DNA from: Minutocellus sp. GHC0000111
Lineage: Eukaryota
Direction: 5' to 3'
DNA: 64,000 bases
Assembly (NCBI GenBank): GCA_977018835.1
Contig: OZ361256.1
Location: 4,092,001 to 4,156,000 of the forward strand
Shown here: piece by piece, positions 45,998 through 55,343 of the stretch
How positions within the stretch are numbered: position 1 is the stretch's first letter
Layout of the letters: each line of letters begins with the position of its first letter
Position numbers and translations under genes: made by a program
The notes under the pieces: generated by a model
Databases searched by the model: none
Told to the model about the DNA's origin: nothing
The model's input: the letters and a program-made list of their open reading frames with translations, nothing else

Positions 45998-48609
45998 CAC
46001 AGCCCCATCTCGTCTTGTTTCGCCGGTCGGATGAAGCGTTTTTCGGCAGAAGACGAACACGTCACGAAGAAACCCACCAAAACCCAATCTCGTTCGTCAC
46101 CCATTCTTTGACCGTCCAACACCATGGTGGTCCGTCGGCGTTGCGCCGGCGTATAACTATATTTTCGTACCAAATACGCATTCATTATCATGTTTGGATA
46201 TAGTTGAAGCTTACTGTATCCTCAGATTGGCCTCCGCTGCGTATCAACGCCACGAACCATCGGCCTGCTTTTCCTCCATCTGCCGGCCGTTCGTTTCTCT
46301 GGGGTGGTGGCACCATTGCTCCGTCTTTGTGCTCGTCGTGCTCCCGTTGTGATGCCCCAGACCCTCTGGTACTTTCCCACGTTGTTGTTGATGATAAACT
46401 GCCGGGATTGCGCCGCACCCCCCGTATGACTGACTCTCGCTGATCCCGACCGATCGCATCCCCACTCGACCTCCCGGAATTCCGACAACAATTTTGCGCC
46501 CGAGGAGAGACAGATAGTGTTGGGATAAGTTTATGCAACAATCAACCCGACAAAGGGACTTTTTGGTCTGGGAGATAAATGGGTGAGTTAAGAAGGACGT
46601 GATGTGTTTGTTTGGGTGTACTATTTACTTTTTTGCTCAATCGCGATACTGTTTGTAAAAGTTGGATTATGCAATTCATTTGTTGTTGTGCAGCAGCAGT
46701 GTAATTTCATTTTCTAATTTTATACATGCCCTGCTCCCATCTCTACATCCTCATCTCCATCGGTGGCCATCATGATCATTTGTTGGCGCTTGTCATCAGT
46801 TTCTGCTTTAACAGCTTCGGTCCTTGTCCTTCCTTTTCCTTGTTCTTGCCACCCGAGAGTTTCGCTCCCGCCTCTCCTCGACCTTTGGATTGGATGCCCT
46901 CTCCTCAGCCTTGAACTGCGCCGTCTGTTGGGCCTCATGTCCCTTGACGCCCTGAGTCCGACGATCTTCCTTAACGCCCTCTTGGTGGGCTCGCTCTACA
47001 AACGATTCGTCGAGCCAATAGATGCCGCCCCATCCATTCTTCACTAGCCAAATGTGTTGGTCCAAGATGTGATCTTCGAGTAAGTGCCACTTGGGCGTCA
47101 TGCTAACACCGATTGCCCGTGCTTGCTTGAGGGCACTTGCAATCAATGCTTCAAGCTCTCTCACAGCCTTCTTTGCCTCATCATCCCATTTCATGTACCA
47201 TTTCAGAAACCTGGAACACATTGCGTCAAGAGTGTGGAGCAAATTAGAGCAAGCTTTGCAGAGCTCTTTGATGTCGTCATCCGTCATGCCATCTTCCTCG
47301 CGATTGTGCTCTAGGAGAGTTCCTTTGGTGGAGGTGTTGTGGTGGATGAACTCTATTGTCCTTGGTTTCTTCTTGTTGTTGCCGCCATCAGAAATGACAA
47401 TAGATAAAAAGCTCTCCAGCATTCTGCCAGCACTGCCCTTGTTTTACCTGAGTCGGCCGCCTCAATGCCGGCCTTTTTCAGGAAATGGAAGTGAGGGGCA
47501 TCGTCATCCTCGGCATCATCGACAGCTCCCATCTCTGGCTCGCCATCACCGTGCTTCTGACGATTCTTCTCTCAAAGTACTGCTGCATGCATGCTTCATG
47601 TGTAGCGTCCTCTCTTGCAATATCAGCTTCGTCCTCATAACAGGGCACATAGTCCTCGTCTTCGTCGTCATCGTCCTCACTGATCTCGCCGACCTCCGTC
47701 GTGGTCAGGGTGCCCACCGTCCCAACATCGTCGTCATTGTCCCACCCATCGTCCTGGCCACTACACCCACCAGGGAACTTCTGGGCCTCGAGCAACATCT
47801 GCCTGTTGATTTCGTAGTCCATCGCCGCATATCCCACCGATATATGTGGTGCGACCGACTTGAGGAATGCATTACATGCCTTCGTCAAATTGAGCCGCGG
47901 CGGCGGCATTTCGAGGCGAAATTGTTGCTCGACCGTGACCATGTCGAAAGCCATCCATCCATCATCATGGAGAGCGTCGGCTGCACGAGGATTGATAGAG
48001 CCGAGGCGAACAAATATGCTCTTTTTGTATGGGGTTCGCTGAACGTTGTCGGCAAGGCAGTGTCTTGATACCATTTCATCCCATCCATTCTGGTTGTCTG
48101 TCCTCACAAAAAAACACATCGCAGTCTTCGTGTTTCTTCTTCTTCAAACCCAAGATGCCCGCAGTGTGCATGACGGCGCCGTACATGATGGGACTGCATC
48201 CCAACACATTCATCAAGGAGTCGTTGTTGTTGCCGATGAAATTGTAGTAATGAAGTTCCTTTCTTCGAAGACGGACGAGTAGTTCAGCCAGGGCGTCCTG
48301 CACCGCAATTCTTTCTGCGGTGTTGACCGCGGGATTGCGGCCGTTATTTTTTTTGCTCATGGAGAATTGTGGATCGAGACCAACGGGAATATCACCAGGA
48401 TGTCGGGAGTACCTGGTTGGTCTCGTGCCGTAATTCTCCCACACCAGCGCGAGATATCGCCTTCGTTCTGCACGTAGCGGCGGCAATTTGAATTTTTGCC
48501 GCCATGGTGGCTCGCGTTGGGCGCGCCGGTCGGTTGCTTCGCGCGCCGGCCGGCCACCGAAAGTGCGACCAAAAGTATGCGAGTCATCCGGCTGGCAGAT
48601 GGTGCTGTG
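45998..48609 (-). mobile_element. Internally deleted Transib/RAG1/Chapaev-type DNA transposon, copy A
   Basis: Termini CACAGCCCCATCT (45998) and AGATGGTGCTGTG (48609); near-identical inverted copy at 52708-55317 with sharp boundaries exactly at the CACAG ends. Confidence 0.88.
46720..48360 (-). pseudogene. Transposase remnant of copy A (N-terminus joined to C-terminus; central catalytic region missing)
   Basis: MTPKWHLLEDH (H-x4-H) and LDESFVERAHQ match the zinc-binding and catalytic-Glu region of Transib/RAG1/Chapaev transposases; several frameshifts. Confidence 0.75.
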
Positions 48610-48814
48610 GCACCAGAGCGAGCTGCTGCAACCAAGCAAGCAATACTACGTAGCTAGAGCTAGTAGTGCCAAATGGTGCAGAGTTCTCCTCCTCGGGTAT
48701 TTGAGCTGAAGACCCCATATTCAGACAATCTACTCTGCACATCTTGTTATATATATATATTGCAACTGCATGTGAAGCGGTTTCCCAAAATTTGGGCCTG
48801 TTGAAAAGTTATGC

Positions 48815-48916
48815 ATTCCAACGTGGTCCCCCACCGTAGTACTAACTGAGCCCGAAGGTGCTTAACTTCGCAGAGCGAACGGGATGCGGTGCTGCCACCT
48901 TGGTATGGTCGTTCCT
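48815..48916 (-). rRNA. 5S rRNA gene, 3'-truncated (likely pseudogene or variant)
   Basis: Minus strand reads AGGAACGACCATACC...CACCGCATCCCGTTCGCTCTGCGAAGTTAAGC...GTTAGTACTACGGTGGGGGACCACGTTGGAAT; the expected final ~17 nt are replaced by GCATAACTTTT. Confidence 0.88.
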
Positions 48917-48997
48917 GTCTGACCGGATGAAAATAAGGTATAATAACTAAAAAAATTTGAGCGGTCAAGCAAGGCGGAAAACACTGGGCAACTCCAC

Positions 48998-50152
48998 ATG
49001 CTCCTTTCCACCCTCGCTACTAGCTAGTACCAACCACGCCTGGCCGTTCTATCTCTGATACCTCGGACATGTTCATGCTTGAGCGCATCGGCGTTTGTCC
49101 GAGCCAGTACATGTTACGCTCGGCGAGCAGCATTTTCGTCGTCATCATCTGCACCCGCCCATAATGCCGCCGACCAGTCATCGTCCTCGGCACTTCCACG
49201 CTCCTCCGGCACGACGGCCCTCGCATTTGATACAGAAACCACAGGCCGGGTGGACTTCAATTTTCCACCGTCGCATCCATTTCAGCCCGATTTGGTCCAG
49301 TTGGGGATGCTGCTGGTCGACACCCAAACATGTCAAACCCGATCGCAAGTATCCATGCTGGTCCAAAGCCGTCCTGGCGTGACGATTGAACCAGGTGCAC
49401 AGGAGACGCATGGCATTTCGTCGGAAGATTGTCGTCGATGCGGCGTTGATCCAGATGTTGCCATTCGCATGTTTTTGGGGCTGTATGAACGAGCTGATAT
49501 TGTGGTGGCACATAATTTATCCTTCGACGCGGCTGTTATGGAAGCCGCACTCGGACGAACCAGAGCCTTGACCAAGGGACGGAATGAAAATTACTTTGAC
49601 ACCATGATATCGATTGGTCGTCCTGGAGATAACATGCAGCGAGTTTGTACAATGAAGGCCAGCACTGATTTGTTGAAGCTACCATCAAAATTTGGGTCGG
49701 GCTACAAATGGCCGAGCTTGGCCGAGGCGTATCACTTTGTTCAGGGCGAAGAGCTGGAGGGTGGTCACGATGCACTCGTGGACGCCAAGGCATGTATGGA
49801 TGTGTTTCGGTATCTCGTGGAGAATGAAACTATAGAGCTTGGGCAGTCAAAGAGAGAAAGCGATACCAGCGATTCCAAGGAGTCTCGGCAACTTGAAGCC
49901 AAGTTGTCTGATCATTCCAGTGATTCCGCAGATGAAGAAGCTGGAACACCGTCTCAAGTCAATCCATCACCTGAAGGCGTATTGGTTCAGAGGACCTCCC
50001 GTGGCTTTGTTGTAAGTGGCATTACGTATTGGATACGAGCTGCGTTGAAGGAGCACGGTGGACGATGGGACTACGTGCGGAAGCAGTGGAGATTCTCGGG
50101 GATGACGGCCCTTCCAGCAATTGAAGAGCTGACGGGATTGTCTCTCGGGTAG
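48998..50152 (+). CDS. DEDDh 3'-5' exonuclease (DnaQ-like), probable plastid presequence; in-frame TAG at 49025-49027
   Basis: FDTETTG (ExoI), VAHNLSFD (ExoII), HDALVD (ExoIII), CTMK, YKWPSLAE; ASAFV motif; small C-terminal TY.IR..LK..GGRWD...W domain. Confidence 0.88.
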
Positions 50153-50721
50153 ATCTAGGAAACGGAGACTCGACTCCTCTTTCATTATTAGATCTACATG
50201 TAGTCCAGATCTACTAGAGCAAGAAGGTTGAAAGCTTAGCAGAGTGGCGGATATTTTCTAATAGGCACAAGGAGTTATTGGCGCAAAGACCTGTCAGTAC
50301 AGAGCATTCATGTGGCGTACATGTACACAAAAGCTCTTGTCGATCGATGGTGGTGACTTTTCTTACGGACTGTACAATCTACTACCGTAGCTAGATCTAC
50401 CGGTAGCTAGGACCCGTGTTGGGCGCACGCTATGAGGCGTATCTTGTGAAATATTAGGAATTTGAAAGTCGCAGTTTTGATGACGGAAGCGAAGAAGAAG
50501 ATCGCTATTGTGTGCAAAATACCCTGATCAGGGTAGCTTCAGAGCTCCATTTTTCCCAGGAACTCACCCGCCCGTTTTCTGTCCGGGTCCTACTACGACG
50601 TACGTAGCTAGTCTCCGAGGCTCGTACGTAGGCCTAGCTAGTAGCGAGCGAGCTACGTACGTATCGCGCGCGAATGCGATCGCAAACACGTCATCGCGAA
50701 GCAAGCAACCATCGAACCATG

Positions 50722-50768
50722 AACGATGAGCTGGCGCAACGTCGCAACGATGAGCTTGCGCAACGGCG
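50722..50768 (+). repeat. Two-copy 24-bp tandem repeat in a CpG-rich intergenic tract
   Basis: AACGATGAGCTGGCGCAACGTCGC followed by AACGATGAGCTTGCGCAACGGCG. Confidence 0.85.
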
Positions 50769-50867
50769 ATCGTCGCGTCGCGTCCGACGTCCTACGACGC
50801 GCACATGGCACGGTAGTCGACTTGCGTACAAAGCATACAACCCGAAAGGCAAGGTCAACAAATAACA

Positions 50868-51716
50868 ATGCGCCCAATGCGAGGAGCGACGGCATTGGTG
50901 CTGCTTGCGCCGCTGCGCTGTGGATCTGCCTTTGTGGTGCCCCAGCACACCCAAGCAGCCACCCGTCGGCGCCCAACATCACATGCTATGAGGAGTAATT
51001 GCCGACAGCGGCAGCTCGCCCAACTTTCTGCCACTGTATCGACAGATGAAGACTGTGGATGTGGCGGTGCCATCGTTTCTGGTGCGCCCTCCGAGGCCGC
51101 GCGGGCGTTGGATCCCAGAGTGGCCATCCAGAGTACTTTGTTTACTCTCAATGGGGTGGAAACCAACATGGATAGTTTGCTGGGAGAAACAGGACCGTCA
51201 CTGGTCGTCTTCCTTCGAAGTCTCGGCTGACCCTTCTGCCAGGAGCAGATACTGCAATACAATAAACGCAGAGATGAACTCCTGGCGGCTGGTGTGAAGC
51301 TTGTAATCGTTTCTATCGGACTCCCCGAAAAGGGCAAGGCTTTGTGTGAGCATTTGGGTGTGGAAGATGGCGAAAGCTTTGTTGTTGTAGATCCAACCAA
51401 TTCCTTGTACAATAATCTTGATTTGAATAAGAGCCTGGCAAGGACCTTCTTCAATCCAGCGACTCCACTCGCATTCAAGAATAGATTATTCCGCGATGGC
51501 AAGATGTTCTCAGATGAGTTAAGTGAAGTTTTGTCCAAGTGGAAAGATGCTTTCTACATACCGCCAAAGCAGGACCAGGCATTAAATCAAAGAGGGGCAT
51601 TTATTTTCAATGGCGATCGAACGGTATATGCGCATTATGACGAAGCCACAGCTGCGCACGCTCTGCCAAATGAAATGGTTGACAAGGCATTGGCAACTGC
51701 AAGGCAATACATGTAG
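50868..51716 (+). CDS. AhpC/TSA-like (SelU/PRXL2-type) thioredoxin-fold selenoprotein; TGA 51228-51230 read as Sec; probable plastid targeting
   Basis: ORFs 50868-51230 and 51294-51716 are in the same frame; readthrough gives LVVFLRSLG-U-PFCQEQ (UxxC) ... KLVIVSIG ... VVDPTNSLYNNL ... NQRGAFIF; signal peptide ending GSAFVVP. Confidence 0.88.
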
Positions 51717-51775
51717 CGATGAATGGATAAATATGTGCACATGGAATGTCCTGCTTGAATGTTTTTTCTGAACGA

Positions 51776-51842
51776 CCTGATGAATGACGTTGCAATGCAA
51801 TGCACCAAGTATTTATAATTGCGTCGCAGCTGATAAATCAGG
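51776..51842 (+). promoter_or_regulatory. Candidate eukaryotic SECIS element in the 3' UTR
   Basis: CCTGAT/ATCAGG helix I; ATGA core (51784) opposite TGA (51831); helix II GTTGCAATGC/GCGTCGCAGC (9 of 10 paired, counting G-U); AA 11 nt after ATGA. Confidence 0.72.
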
Positions 51843-51980
51843 ACGCCAGAGAAAATCAGAAATAAGTGAAGTGTGTACAGCTGCGTAGCCACCGATAGCG
51901 GTATGGTTTCGATAGGAATTCCTATGATAGCATTATGTTACATTTTTATGAGTGTGTGACTACTGCGTACATGTAGCTAG

Positions 51981-52570
51981 CTAGACGACAATGATACAAA
52001 TAATAATGACAATATAAACACTCTGGATCGCAAGCACCACTTTTATTCGTTCCTCCCGGTTCATTTCTTTCTTCATTTGTTCACAACAAGCGCCACCAAG
52101 GATCGGCCATTTGAAGATGTTGCCAGATCTTCTCGCACCATTCGTCTTTGTGTCGGCTTCAGCAATGGGCGGTGGTGCAATTTCAATTGTTTCTTTTGGT
52201 ACCTTGTCATTGGCATACATGTAGTCGACAAAGGGGGACACGTACGCAGGACAGTAGAAGTGTTGGACGAACGAACGCAGGCGGCGGGAACAAAACTTGC
52301 TATCGAAAATTCATCCAAAGGAAACCTTTCCTTCAACGCAGGAAGTAGCTCGCGGCTGTTGAGTTGCACCACCACGCTACAAACCGGAGGGATGGCTATG
52401 TTCACGGAAACCAATCTATCAGTAGTGATACATCTGGTGGGCTCAGGAAGAAGGAGGTGCTGAATGCCTACACCGGTGTATCCTTGATTCGATTGCTCGC
52501 AAAATCCATCGCGGAATCTTGGCCATCTATCCCTCCCGACTTGCAATACTACGTAGCTACTAGAGCACAT
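51981..52570 (-). CDS. Possible hypothetical gene fragment with a C-terminal hydrophobic tail
   Basis: Two overlapping ORFs, the last ending VVLAIQSVYIVIIICIIVV*; no recognisable domain or clear start. Confidence 0.25.
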
Positions 52571-52707
52571 ACATGTACGTGTACGCCCTACTCTAGCTAG
52601 TAGCTACGTAGCTACATAGGTACTTCCTCGATGGGATTCATGACCTGTACCCACTAAAGCATGCCCCAGGCACTAATGCTGAACAAACGCACGACGCGAC
52701 GCCCCAG

Positions 52708-55317
52708 CACAGCACCATCTGCCAGCCGGATGACTCGCATACTTTTGGTCGCACTTTCGGTGGCCGGCCGGCGCGCGAAGCAACCGACCGGCGTGCCCAA
52801 CGCGAGCCACCATGGCGGCAAAAATTCAAATTGCCGCCGCTACGTGCAGAACGAAGGCGATATCTCGCGCTGGTGTGGGAGAATTACGGCACGAGACCAA
52901 CCAGGTACTCCCGACATCCTGGTGATATTCCCGTTGGTCTCGATCCACAATTCTCCATGAGCAAAAAAAATAACGGCCGCAATCCCGCGGTCAACACCGC
53001 AGAAAGAGTTGCGGTGCAGGACGCCCTGGCTGAACTACTCGTCCGTCTTCGCAGAAAGGAACTTCATTACTACAATTTCATCGGCAACAACAACGACTCC
53101 TTGATGAATGTGTTGGGATGCAGTCCCATCATGTACGGCGCCGTCATGTGCACTGCGGGCATCTTGGGTTTGAAGAAGAAGAAACACGAAGACACTGCGA
53201 TGTGTTTTTTGTGAGGACAGACAACCAGAATGGATGGGATGAAATGGTATCAAGAAACTGCCTTGCCGACGACGTTCAGCGAACCCCATACAAAAAGAGC
53301 ATATTTGTTCGCCTCGGCTCTATCAATCCTCGTGCAGCCGACGCTCTCCATGATGATGGATGGATGGCTTTCGACATGGTCACGGTCGAGCAACAATTTC
53401 GCCTCGAAATGCCGCCGCCGCGGCTCAATTTGACGAAGGCATGTAATGCATTCCTCAAGTCGGTCGCACCACATATATCGGTGGGATATGCGGCGATGGA
53501 CTACGAAATCAACAGGCAGATGTTGCTCGAGGCCCAGAAGTTCCCTGGTGGGTGTAATGGCCAGGCAGGACGATGGGTGGGACAATGACGACGATGTTGG
53601 GACGGTGGGCACCCTGACCACGACGGAGGCCGGCGAGATCAGTGAGGACGATGACGACGAAGACGAGGACTATGTGCCCTGTTATGAGGACGAAGCTGAT
53701 ATTGCAAGAGAGGACGCTACACATGAAGCACACATGCAGCAGTACTTTGAGAAGAATCGTCAGAAGCACGGTGATGGCGAGCCAGAGATGGGAGCTGTCG
53801 ATGATGCCGAGGATGACGATGCCCCTCACTTCCATTTCCTGAAAAAGGCCGGCATTGAGGCGGCCGACTCAGGTAAAACAAGGGCAGTGCTGGCAGAATG
53901 CTGGAGAGCATTTTATCTATTAATATTTCTGATGGCAACAACAAGAAGAAACCAAGGACAATAGAGTTCATCCACCACAACACCTCCACCAAAGGAACTC
54001 TCCTAGAGCACAATCGCGAGGAAGATGGCATGACGGATGACGACATCAAAGAGCTCTGCAAAGCTTGCTCTAATTTGCTCCACACTCTTGACGCAATATA
54101 TTCCAGGTTTCTGAAATGGTGCTACATGAAATGGGATGATGAGGCAAAGAAGGCTGTGAGAGAGCTTGAAGCATTGATTGCAAGTGCCCTCAAGCAAGCA
54201 CGGGCAATCGGCATTAGCATAACGCCCAAGTGGCACTTACTCGAAGATCACATCTTGGACCAACACATTTGGCTAGTGAAGAATGGATGGGGCGGCATCT
54301 GTTGGCTCGACGAATCGTTTGTAGAGCGAGCCCACCAAGAGGGCGTTAAGGAAGATCGTCGGACTCAGGGCGTCAAGGGATATGAGGCCCAACAGACGGC
54401 GCAGTTCAAGGCTGAGGAGAGGGCATCCAATCCAAAGGTCGAGGAGAGGCGGGAGCGAAACTCTCGGGTGGCAAGAACAAGGAAAAGGACAAGGACCGAA
54501 GCTGTTAAATTAGAAACTGATGACAAGCGCCAACAAATGATCATGATGGCCACCGATGGAGATGAGGATGTAGAGATGGGAGCAGGGCATGTATAAAATT
54601 AGAAAATGAAATTACACTACTACTACACAACAACAAATGAATTGCATGATCCAACTTTTACAAACAGTGTCGCGATTGAGCAAAAGAGTAAATAGTACAC
54701 CCAAACAAACACATCACGTCCTTCTTAACTCACCCATTTATCTCCCAGACCAAAAAGTCCCTTTGTCGGGTTGATTGTTGCATAAACTTATCCCAACACT
54801 ATCTGTCTCTCCTCGGGCGCAAAATTATTGTCGGAATTCCGGGAGGTCGAGTGGGATGCGATCGGTCGGGATCAGCGAGAGTCGGTCATACGGGGGGTGC
54901 GGCGCAATCCCGGCAGTTTATCATCAACAACAACGTGGGAAAGTACCAGAGGGTCTGGGGCATCACAACGGGAGCACGACGAGCACAAAGACGGAGCAAT
55001 GGTGCCACCACCCCAGAGAATCGAACGGCCGACAGATGGAGGAAAAGTAGGCCGATGGTTCGTGGCGTTGATACGCAGCGGAGGCCAATCTGAGGATACA
55101 GTAAGCTTCAACTATATCCAAACATGATAATGAATGCGTATTTGGTACGAAAATATAGTTATACGCCGGCGCAACGCCGACGGACCACCATGGTGTTGGA
55201 CGGTCAAAGAATGGGTGACGAACGAGATTGGGTTTTGGTGGGTTTCTTCGTGACGTGTTCGTCTTCTGCCGAAAAACGCTTCATCCGACCGGCGAAACAA
55301 GACGAGATGGGGCTGTG
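52708..55317 (+). mobile_element. Internally deleted Transib/RAG1/Chapaev-type DNA transposon, copy B (inverted relative to copy A)
   Basis: Begins CACAGCACCATCT, ends AGATGGGGCTGTG; colinear with the reverse complement of 45998-48609 apart from scattered substitutions and indels. Confidence 0.88.
52957..54596 (+). pseudogene. Transposase remnant of copy B
   Basis: MSKKNNGRNP... N-terminus, acidic tract, then ITPKWHLLEDH...GGICWLDESFVERAHQEG; frameshifted, with the same internal deletion as copy A. Confidence 0.75.
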
Positions 55318-55343
55318 CATCGCCTCATTATTTGCTTTGCATC

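Noticed and set aside
48923..48930. CCGGATGA just upstream of the 5S gene, matching the transposon inner box
   Set aside because: No CACAG heptamer at 12 or 23 nt spacing; a match this short is expected by chance.
45998..55317. One giant element (Polinton- or foldback-like) with 2.6-kb terminal inverted repeats
   Set aside because: Each arm has its own paired CACAG termini and transposase remnant, the outer flanks show no TSD, and the enclosed genes are not polB, integrase or capsid.
54600..55317. RAG2-like convergent gene at the element's right end
   Set aside because: Only short ORFs, with no kelch-like repeats or PHD motif on either strand.
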